This document shows, piece after piece, positions 46,698-53,507 of a DNA stretch of 53,507 nucleotides. Where the stretch lies: positions 1 through 53,507 of the forward strand of contig CAZTWC010000003.1 in assembly GCA_964617105.1 (NCBI GenBank). Reading direction: 5' to 3'. The stretch comes from an uncultured Myxococcia bacterium (GTDB lineage Bacteria; CAZTWC01). Both the position numbers and the translations under genes were made by a program. Each line of letters starts with the position of its first letter. Within the stretch, counting starts at the first letter, position 1. The notes below the pieces were generated by a model. The model did no database searches and was not told where the DNA came from. It was given only the letters and a program-made list of their open reading frames with translations.

Positions 46698-49600
46698 ATG
46701 GTAACTTTTTCAAAACTACGCAAACTGAGCAGTTACAAGTCCCGCTTTCATTCCTTTCAGAATTTGATGCGCCGGCGGGTAAGAAACATCCTGATGGTTT
46801 CGAGCCTCTACGATGCCTTTATCCTGGAGGAAGATGGCCAATTAAACGAATTGATCCTTAACGAATATATCGATCTGAATCTCAATTATGCCCCCGCTAT
46901 CACCAGGGTTACCAGCGGACTCAAAGCCTTGAAAATGATAGAAGAGGAGAGAAGATTCAGCCTGCTCATCATCTCCCCGCGCATGGGCGATATGAACGTG
47001 CTGGAGTTTACCAAGCGCATCAAGCAGGTAAACCCTGCCATTCCGGTGATAATGTTGGCATACAACAACCGGGAGGTAACCAAACTGGTGGAGGATTGGG
47101 ATACCTCTTCCATTGATAAAATTTTCCTGTGGCAGGGTGACTTTCGTATTTTACTGGCCATTATCAAATACGTTGAAGACCAGATGAACGTGGAGCACGA
47201 TACCCTTCAACTGGGAGTGCAATCTATCCTGTTGATCGAGGATAATATCCGCTCTTACTCCTCTTTTCTGCCCCTTATTTATACCGAAATAATGAATCAT
47301 TCGCAGAGTTTGATCTCCGAAGGGATAAATCTATCTCACAAGTTGCTGCGCATGCGGGCCCGGCCCAAAATTTTGCTAGCCTCCTCCTTTGACAAGGCCT
47401 GGGAAATATTTGAGCAATATAAAGAACATCTTTTGGGAGTAATCTCTGATGTAAAATATCCTTTGAAGGGAAAACGGGATCCTGCCGCCGGCGTCAAGTT
47501 CGCCCGTAAAGTAAGAGAACATTTCGCCGATATGCCGGTTTTGTTACAGTCTGATGAACATTTGGACTATGATATTATTAAAGAGTTGGAAGTTGGTTTC
47601 CTGCTAAAATATACCCCCACTCACCTAAGCGAATTACGCAGTTTTATTCTGAACAATTTCGGTTTCGGCGACTTTGTTTTTCGAATGCCCGATGGACAGG
47701 AAGTGGGCCGGGCCAATGACCTGAAGAGTTTTGAAGAACAGTTGCATCATGTGCCGGAAAAGTGCCTAAAGTATCATGGCGATCACAACCATTTTTCCCG
47801 GTGGCTAAGAGTGCGTACCGAGTTTTTACTGGCCGAAAAATTCAAACCGCTCAAAGTTTCTGATTACGCCAGCCTGGAGGAGATGCGGCAAAAAACCGTT
47901 CATGAACTGCACGAATTTCGCAGCGAACGCAGACGCGGTTTTATTGAAGATTTTAATGAACAGGAATACGACTCCACCAGTTCTTTTACCAGGATCGGGG
48001 GTGGTTCTATTGGCGGCAAAGCCAGAGGTCTGGCCTTTTTCAACAACCTGCTGGACAGTTATAACATCAGCGAAGGATTCAAAAAAGACCATAATATCCA
48101 AATTTCAGTCCCGCCGGCTCTGGTGGTGGGTACCGATGTGTTCGACCGCTTTATCAGAGATAACAATTTGTGGGATTTTGCCCTCAACTCCGATAATGAT
48201 AAAGAGATCTGCATCCATTTTTTAAACGCCAACTTCCCCGATGATATCAGGGACAATCTGGCTTTTTGCCTTAAAGTGACCGATTATCCACTGGCCGTGC
48301 GCTCCTCCAGTTTACTTGAAGATTCTCAATATCAGCCCTTTGCCGGCATTTACCAGACCTATATGCTGCCCAATAACAGTCCCGATTTGGAAGTACGGCT
48401 TAATGACCTGCTCAATGCCATCAAACTGGTTTATGCCTCCACCTTTTCCCAATTAACTAAAGGATATATCCGCTCCACCTCTTTCCGCCTGGAAGAGGAA
48501 AAAATGGCAGTGATTATCCAAAAAGTAGTCGGTTCTGTACATGACACCAGATTTTATCCCGATTTTGCCGGAGTAGCCCGCTCTCATAACTATTATCCCA
48601 AGCCCCCCATGACCTCTAGTGACGGTATTGTCAGTGTAGCGTTGGGGCTAGGTAAAGCGGTGATGGACGGCGCTGGTGTCTTCCGTTTTTGCCCCCGGCA
48701 TCCTCGACAACAAATACAATTTTTAACCGTGGATGACTATCTACGATATTCCCAACGGGAATTTTACGCCCTGGAGTTAGACAGCGGCGGTTGTCAGGCC
48801 CGGCCGGAGTTGGAAGATATTAAAGTGGGTGCCCATGACCTGTCAACTGCAGAACAAGACGGCGCCCTTTTTTCAGTGGCCTCTACCTATTCACACCAGA
48901 ACGATGCCATCTATGATGGTACTTCCAGGCAGGGGGTAAGGCTGATAACCTTTGCCCCAATCTTGAAACACGAAGTTTTTCCCCTGTCAGAGATAGTCAA
49001 TCTGCTTCTGGATATGGGCAGTTGGGGCATGACTTCGCCGGTGGAAATTGAGTTTGCCGTCAAACTCAATCCTTTGCCGGGACAGCCAAAAGAGTTTGGA
49101 TTTTTACAGATGCGTCCCCTGGTGCTCAATTACGAAATGGGATCACTGGAGATCGGCGAAGTGGATAACGACAAACTGATTTGTAAGAGTGACAATGTGC
49201 TGGGCAATGGCAAAATCGATGATATCCGGGATATAGTGTTGGTGGATATTGAAAAATTTGACCGCTCCAATAGCAAAGAAACCGCCCGAGAGGTGGGGGA
49301 ATTTAATACCCTGCTATCTATGGAGAACCGGCCTTATATCTTACTCGGCGTAGGAAGGTGGGGTTCTGCTGACCCCTGGCTGGGCATACCGGTTTCCTGG
49401 GACAAAATTTCCGGCGTCAGGGTGATAATCGAAGCCGGATTCAAAGATATAGAAGTAGAAGCCTCTCAGGGAAGCCACTTTTTCCAAAATATAACCTCCT
49501 GCAATATCGGTTATTTTACCGTCAACGTCAACAACAAAGGCAAAATCCTCGATTGGGACTGGCTACTTAAACAAAAGCCGGCGAAATCCAAGCAATTTAC

Positions 49601-49700
49601 CCGCTTGATCAGTTTCGACCAACCCCTGATAGTTAAAATGAATGGACAAAAAAACCAGGGAGTAATATTCAAACCTGGCCTATCACCAAATGAGGATTAA
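46698..49700 (+). CDS. REC(degenerate)-REC-PPDK_N (PEP/pyruvate-binding ATP-grasp) protein with an unassigned C-terminal domain of about 180 aa
   Basis: GGSIGGKARGLAFF and PLAVRSSSLLEDS are the hallmark PPDK_N motifs. REC1 has Ser at the acceptor position (LLIISPRMGDMN). REC2 keeps the acidic residues (ILLIEDN, VISDVKYP, LLKYTP). No TSHAA-type swivelling phosphohistidine motif is present. Confidence 0.7.
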   Translation: MVTFSKLRKLSSYKSRFHSFQNLMRRRVRNILMVSSLYDAFILEEDGQLNELILNEYIDLNLNYAPAITRVTSGLKALKMIEEERRFSLLIISPRMGDMNVLEFTKRIKQVNPAIPVIMLAYNNREVTKLVEDWDTSSIDKIFLWQGDFRILLAIIKYVEDQMNVEHDTLQLGVQSILLIEDNIRSYSSFLPLIYTEIMNHSQSLISEGINLSHKLLRMRARPKILLASSFDKAWEIFEQYKEHLLGVISDVKYPLKGKRDPAAGVKFARKVREHFADMPVLLQSDEHLDYDIIKELEVGFLLKYTPTHLSELRSFILNNFGFGDFVFRMPDGQEVGRANDLKSFEEQLHHVPEKCLKYHGDHNHFSRWLRVRTEFLLAEKFKPLKVSDYASLEEMRQKTVHELHEFRSERRRGFIEDFNEQEYDSTSSFTRIGGGSIGGKARGLAFFNNLLDSYNISEGFKKDHNIQISVPPALVVGTDVFDRFIRDNNLWDFALNSDNDKEICIHFLNANFPDDIRDNLAFCLKVTDYPLAVRSSSLLEDSQYQPFAGIYQTYMLPNNSPDLEVRLNDLLNAIKLVYASTFSQLTKGYIRSTSFRLEEEKMAVIIQKVVGSVHDTRFYPDFAGVARSHNYYPKPPMTSSDGIVSVALGLGKAVMDGAGVFRFCPRHPRQQIQFLTVDDYLRYSQREFYALELDSGGCQARPELEDIKVGAHDLSTAEQDGALFSVASTYSHQNDAIYDGTSRQGVRLITFAPILKHEVFPLSEIVNLLLDMGSWGMTSPVEIEFAVKLNPLPGQPKEFGFLQMRPLVLNYEMGSLEIGEVDNDKLICKSDNVLGNGKIDDIRDIVLVDIEKFDRSNSKETAREVGEFNTLLSMENRPYILLGVGRWGSADPWLGIPVSWDKISGVRVIIEAGFKDIEVEASQGSHFFQNITSCNIGYFTVNVNNKGKILDWDWLLKQKPAKSKQFTRLISFDQPLIVKMNGQKNQGVIFKPGLSPNED

Positions 49701-49753
49701 TTGAACCGCCTGGCCCAATTAGTGGTTAAACTCTTTATTGCCCTGCCTTTGGC

Positions 49754-50497
49754 TCAAACCAATATTTCTGAAACCAGATATCTCTTAATCCGATCAATCA
49801 CCTGCTCTTCGGGGTGGAGAAACTGGATACCAATCCCTTTAGCGTCACCCCTGGTTCGGCACCACTTCACTTCAGCAAATATTTTATGACTTATATCACT
49901 TCTTGGCGTAGAAAAACATACAACAATTTTAGATGCCACCGGCAAGGGATGCTCTAGACAGATAAACAAACCACCTTCGCAGATATTTTTACTGGTACCC
50001 TGGGCAATAATTTCACCGGAATTCAGCGCCATAATATCAACTTTGGTAACCATGGATTTACGGGTTTGCCAACCATTGATATTTGGCATAACATCCATAC
50101 CAGAGATTTTAGCCGGCGGCTGAAAAAAAGAAAAAAAGCCCTCTTCGCCGCAGAAATCGGCGTCATGACCGCAAACAGGGCAACGTGACTGGGGAACAGT
50201 GGTAAAATCATCATCCTCAAAATCGATATCCGGTCTGACTTTATGGGAAAAATAATGATCGCAGGACAAACAAAAATAGATAGCAAAGACAGACTCGATT
50301 TTACATCCCTGATGAGCTTCTGGCAGGTGAGAAAAGAGTTCCGTAATGGCCACCGAGCAGTTTCGCAACCTTTTTGGTATGGTGATGGAGTGGATAAAAG
50401 AAACCCACAGACGAGTGCCGTAAGAATTGATCTTATCTACCTTTTCCAAGTCGATCCAATATAGGAGGAAAATTAACATTTTCATCCAGTGTGCCAC
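49754..50497 (-). CDS. PilZ-domain protein with an internal CxxC...CxxC zinc-ribbon
   Basis: C-terminal PilZ-like core (NICEGGLFICLEHPLPVASKIVVCF...AEVKWCR...GIGIQF). FCLSCDHY...RCPVCGHD. The architecture parallels the ORF at 51304-52284. The start codon (GTG 50497 or a downstream ATG) is uncertain. Confidence 0.55.
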   Translation of the reverse strand: MAHWMKMLIFLLYWIDLEKVDKINSYGTRLWVSFIHSITIPKRLRNCSVAITELFSHLPEAHQGCKIESVFAIYFCLSCDHYFSHKVRPDIDFEDDDFTTVPQSRCPVCGHDADFCGEEGFFSFFQPPAKISGMDVMPNINGWQTRKSMVTKVDIMALNSGEIIAQGTSKNICEGGLFICLEHPLPVASKIVVCFSTPRSDISHKIFAEVKWCRTRGDAKGIGIQFLHPEEQVIDRIKRYLVSEILV

Positions 50498-50642
50498 TTA
50501 AAAAGACAATATTGCCTGCTAATCGGTGCTTAAATTCCACTATTCCGCCTCTTCGCACAGTGATACAGTATGACTTGGCTTTATTCCCACCCTGACTGAT
50601 ATCGATCTTCTATAAATCTTCCATAGCCGTGTCTATCCGGAC

Positions 50643-51263
50643 TTACCACTCCCGTCCATCCTGATCATTGTACCCATCCGGGTGATAAGAAAGCCCATTG
50701 TGCTCTAACTCGTGGTTTGACTTGATAAAAGCGATGTATGCACTACAAACAGCACAAGTAACATAAGGCATGGTCACCACTGAACCCAGTCCGCCGGTTA
50801 ATTTGGTAACCGCCAGGTGAATAAGAGACAAAAGTATTATAAATACAAAATGGGCTCCCAGACCATGCTGAGATACTATCTCTTTGCTCTTTGACATGGC
50901 TTGTCCCAGAGGAAGTTTTTTTTCTACCACTAGAGGAAAAGCATAAATCCAAATGGTGGCTAAATAGAGTCCTGGTATTATAAGCAGAGAAAAACCGATT
51001 AGACATAATATCGCCAAACTGTAAAAAACAATCAACAATTCACCGAAACGATTCATGTATAAAAACAGATCGAAAAACTCAGGAGGTTTTCCATCCCTGA
51101 TTCGGTTGATAATCATCATGTAATAGCCGGCCTGAAGCGGACCGGCAATAATACCCAAAGTAACAATTGTTCCTACTGTAACTACCAGTCCGGCAATAAT
51201 TAACACCACTATATCTTTAATAAAATATCCGACTCCCTCTTTAAGAAATCTGCCAATTTCCAT
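50643..51263 (-). CDS. Polytopic membrane protein (DUF975-like)
   Basis: Five to six TM segments. GIIAGPLQAGYYMMIINRIRDGKPPEFFDLF resembles the DUF975 family. The ATG at 51263 has an AAGGA RBS 8-9 nt upstream. The alternative ATG is at 51302. Confidence 0.45.
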   Translation of the reverse strand: MEIGRFLKEGVGYFIKDIVVLIIAGLVVTVGTIVTLGIIAGPLQAGYYMMIINRIRDGKPPEFFDLFLYMNRFGELLIVFYSLAILCLIGFSLLIIPGLYLATIWIYAFPLVVEKKLPLGQAMSKSKEIVSQHGLGAHFVFIILLSLIHLAVTKLTGGLGSVVTMPYVTCAVCSAYIAFIKSNHELEHNGLSYHPDGYNDQDGREW

Positions 51264-51303
51264 ACTGTATATTTCCTTAAAAATGCAAAGAATTCCTGGC
51301 ATT

Positions 51304-52284
51304 TTAACCGTTTAAAAAAATCAAATAAATCGCAACGCCCGCCAGCAAAACCACACCTGAAGCAATAGCAAGTTTTATCAACTGACGTTTTAAATGTTGT
51401 TTCCGGTGCCACCGCTCCCTATTCTCTTTTTCCCAGAGCATGTCCATCATAAAAGTTATAATTTGCTCTTTCTGAGTCTGGTCAAAATCGATGAATTTGA
51501 CCCCATATTTGTATAATTTTTCCGATTGCGGTGTCAATATTTTATTATTATGCTCAGGAGCGGACACTAAATTAACTATTTGTGCACAAATTCTCAGTAG
51601 GGATCCGAATTCACTTCTTAATACCACGATTAGTTCATCATTAACCTGGTATTGTTGAGATGATACAATCTGCAGCCCCCCCTTGCTGACATTACGGATA
51701 TATTCCTCCCTGTGGGTGTTACTCTCCTCCATATTGGAAGTTAATTTCACTTCTACCTGGTCCGGAATTATCTTAGTGGCTATCCTGGGAAACATACGCT
51801 GGTCAGACTGTTGCAGGCCGCTGATAAGATCTATCAGATATACGATAAATTGATCCCACTTTTTCCGGTCCATATCAAGAAGTTTGCATCCTAAATGATA
51901 GATATTCGAACTGTGGTATTTCAAGTTGCCAGAGTTGCAATTGGCACACCCCACAGTATCCTGGCCGCGACCAGGGCTAAAAAAATTGAGGTAGTTGCAG
52001 TTCAAACAAAGAAAACGTACTTTGTCCCGGTTTTGGGGAAATATCTCTTCCACTGTCACGGCTGAATTCCAAACAACTTCGACCTGTAATGATAGTTTGT
52101 CTTTATTATTAAGCATCAGAACCAGGTCTAGTATTTCACCTTTTTTTTTGGGAAAAACCGTGTAAAATCCCAAACCGTTCCAGCCTATATTACCGGAACA
52201 GACTTCATCGGAACCATCGTAATATTTTATTTTTACGGCCCTGGTTATCTCTATACGACCGTATTTTCGTTTCTCATCTAGCAT
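51304..52284 (-). CDS. Double PilZ-domain protein with an intervening zinc-ribbon and a C-terminal TM anchor
   Basis: PilZ-1: RKYGRIEI ... NIGWNGLGF. Zinc-ribbon: CLNCNY...CANCNSGN. PilZ-2 has canonical QRMFPR (RxxxR) and NVSKGG (NxSxxG). C-terminal TM LAIASGVVLLAGVAIYLIFL. Confidence 0.65.
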   Translation of the reverse strand: MLDEKRKYGRIEITRAVKIKYYDGSDEVCSGNIGWNGLGFYTVFPKKKGEILDLVLMLNNKDKLSLQVEVVWNSAVTVEEIFPQNRDKVRFLCLNCNYLNFFSPGRGQDTVGCANCNSGNLKYHSSNIYHLGCKLLDMDRKKWDQFIVYLIDLISGLQQSDQRMFPRIATKIIPDQVEVKLTSNMEESNTHREEYIRNVSKGGLQIVSSQQYQVNDELIVVLRSEFGSLLRICAQIVNLVSAPEHNNKILTPQSEKLYKYGVKFIDFDQTQKEQIITFMMDMLWEKENRERWHRKQHLKRQLIKLAIASGVVLLAGVAIYLIFLNG

Positions 52285-52453
52285 AATTATCTTCTAATCT
52301 AAAATGGATTCTCAAAAGTAGTTGTTAAATTTTAATAAATATTTAAAAAAATTGCAACCTACAAAGAGATTCCTCTTTTTTTTATTTTCCGGTTTCGGGT
52401 CAGAACAAAAAATGTTATAGTTTTTTGGGTTTTTGTTTTTAATAGGTTAAGTT

Positions 52454-53182
52454 ATGCGACTGGCGATTTTTTCTGATGTTCATAGTAATTTAGAGGCATT
52501 GTGTGCTGTCATCGAAGCATACCAGCAGGAGGCAATAGATAACTATTTTTGCCTGGGTGATGTTGTTGGTTATGGGGCTGATCCCAACCTGTGCTGTCAA
52601 CTGGTCAGGGAAATGGTTGAATTCTCGATTTTAGGTAACCATGATGCTGCTGTTACCAAAAAAATGGATTATTCCTGCTATTCTCGGGAAACCCGTCAGG
52701 TTTTAGATTGGACCGCCCAGTCGCTGGATACGGAAAATATGCAATGGCTGAGTAGTTTGAAATATCAAAACAATAGAGAGGAAATTCTCTTTTCTCATGG
52801 GGCGCCCCTGGCGCCAAAACAATTTGAGTATGTGTACACTCCACTTCATGTTAACTTGTTGCAACAGCAATTTGACCAATTACCCAAAATAATTTTTGTG
52901 GGGCACTCCCACTTGTGTAAAGCCTTTGCCTACGACCCAATCAGAGTTACAGAAATTTTTCAGCCAGAATTCCAATTAAAGGATAGCAAATACATTATTT
53001 CTGTGGGTTCGGTTGGGCAACCGCGCGATTACGATAATCGAGCCAGTTATACTATTTTGGATACCAGTGACAACAGTTTCTATTTTAAACGGATTCAATA
53101 TCCCATTGAGGTATCTGCCCAAAAAATTAAAGATGCTGGAATTGCCAATGAATTTGCTCAGCGATTATTTATGGGAAGGTAA
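52454..53182 (+). CDS. Metallophosphoesterase (YfcE/MJ0936-type calcineurin-like phosphoesterase)
   Basis: Motifs DVHSN, GDVVGYG, GNHD and GHSH in the canonical order. Confidence 0.8.
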   Translation: MRLAIFSDVHSNLEALCAVIEAYQQEAIDNYFCLGDVVGYGADPNLCCQLVREMVEFSILGNHDAAVTKKMDYSCYSRETRQVLDWTAQSLDTENMQWLSSLKYQNNREEILFSHGAPLAPKQFEYVYTPLHVNLLQQQFDQLPKIIFVGHSHLCKAFAYDPIRVTEIFQPEFQLKDSKYIISVGSVGQPRDYDNRASYTILDTSDNSFYFKRIQYPIEVSAQKIKDAGIANEFAQRLFMGR

Positions 53183-53221
53183 CAATAATGGATAACCAGC
53201 ATTTTAAGAAATAGGTGAAAT

Positions 53222-53507
53222 ATGAACTTTGATGAAGCTGCCCTCAAAATTTTAAAAGATTGTCAGAAGCCGGTTCACTTTAAGCGGATAACCGAAATGG
53301 CCATCAAAAAAAATCTGTTGGATTTTATTGGAAAATCACCCGCCAAAACCATGAGTTTACGGCTTACTAACCTGTGCAAGCATAAAAGCGAAGATGGTCA
53401 GGTAGTAAAAATTAAAACCGGCATATACTCCCTGGAACAATTTCAAAATGAACCGGTGCTAAATTATTCCAAGTCATCGCCTATACCAGCAAAACCAGCA
53501 AAACCAG
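53222..53507 (+). CDS. HARE-HTH (RpoE-delta-like winged-helix) domain protein, 5' fragment running off the window
   Basis: AGGTGA RBS 5 nt upstream of the ATG at 53222. The frame is open to the window end. FDEAALKILKDCQKPVHFKRITEMAI...GIYSL fits the HARE-HTH pattern. It ends in a PAKPAKP repeat. It is not in the supplied ORF track because it lacks a stop. Confidence 0.5.
   Translation, partial: MNFDEAALKILKDCQKPVHFKRITEMAIKKNLLDFIGKSPAKTMSLRLTNLCKHKSEDGQVVKIKTGIYSLEQFQNEPVLNYSKSSPIPAKPAKP

Noticed and set aside
1-53507. Scan for tRNA/rRNA/tmRNA/RNase P genes, CRISPR arrays, IS or integrase genes, prophage genes, toxin-antitoxin pairs and known defence genes (Cas, RT, nucleases, STAND NTPases)
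   Set aside because: No intergenic gap (the largest are 3476-3831, 39015-39312 and 46461-46697) shows cloverleaf-type or conserved ncRNA sequence that I can recognise. No ORF shows the corresponding catalytic motifs. Absence is by eye only; tRNAscan, Infernal and a defence-system finder would be decisive.
1-53507. Sigma-54 (TGGCAC-N5-TTGCW) promoters upstream of the signalling and envelope genes
   Set aside because: The TGGCA-containing strings I saw (for example near 14725 and 39140) lack a correctly spaced GC element, so none is reported.

Overview
This is a gene-dense 53.5-kb chromosomal segment from a diderm (Gram-negative-type) bacterium, with about 45 CDS. I found no rRNA, tRNA, CRISPR array, transposase, integrase or phage gene. 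The protein repertoire (MoxR/Bat-vWA operon, DUF4388, 7TMR-DISM kinase, PilZ proteins, Kelch and Cys-rich surface proteins) resembles Desulfobacterota, Myxococcota or Bdellovibrionota-like lineages, but taxonomy cannot be settled here. All family calls are motif recognition on the supplied translations; no database search was run.

Layout:
- 1-6.3 kb: partial flavoenzyme, GT2, CBS protein, SLC13 transporter, hybrid kinase.
- 6.4-14.1 kb: tightly coupled 7-gene MoxR-DUF58-BatA/B/C/D operon.
- 14.1-17.8 kb: cNMP-binding protein, TPR/zinc-ribbon membrane protein, DUF4388 protein.
- 17.9-22.4 kb: housekeeping phoH / 7TM-HD / ybeY / maf.
- 22.6-32.3 kb: 7TMR-DISM hybrid kinase divergent from four envelope genes (Lys-rich anchor, 7-blade Kelch lipoprotein, degenerate GH36-like protein, FadL-like barrel).
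- 32.3-40.8 kb: Cys-rich adhesin-like protein, HEAT-RseC-LolA-like-barrel set, REC-PAS regulator, CsgG/LpoB-like plus barrel protein.
- 40.9-46.5 kb: rplU-rpmA-obg, PabB-like, argS, ACT protein.
- 46.7-52.3 kb: REC-REC-ATP-grasp (PPDK_N) protein plus two PilZ/zinc-ribbon paralogs.
- 52.5 kb to the end: metallophosphoesterase and a partial HARE-HTH protein.

The best candidate for something undescribed is the 22.6-32.3 kb kinase/envelope block. It is bracketed by same-orientation copies of a 22-nt repeat, and its left copy sits inside a composite nested inverted repeat. Secondary candidates are the extended Bat locus and the REC-ATP-grasp/PilZ island. No canonical defence or mobile system was recognised.
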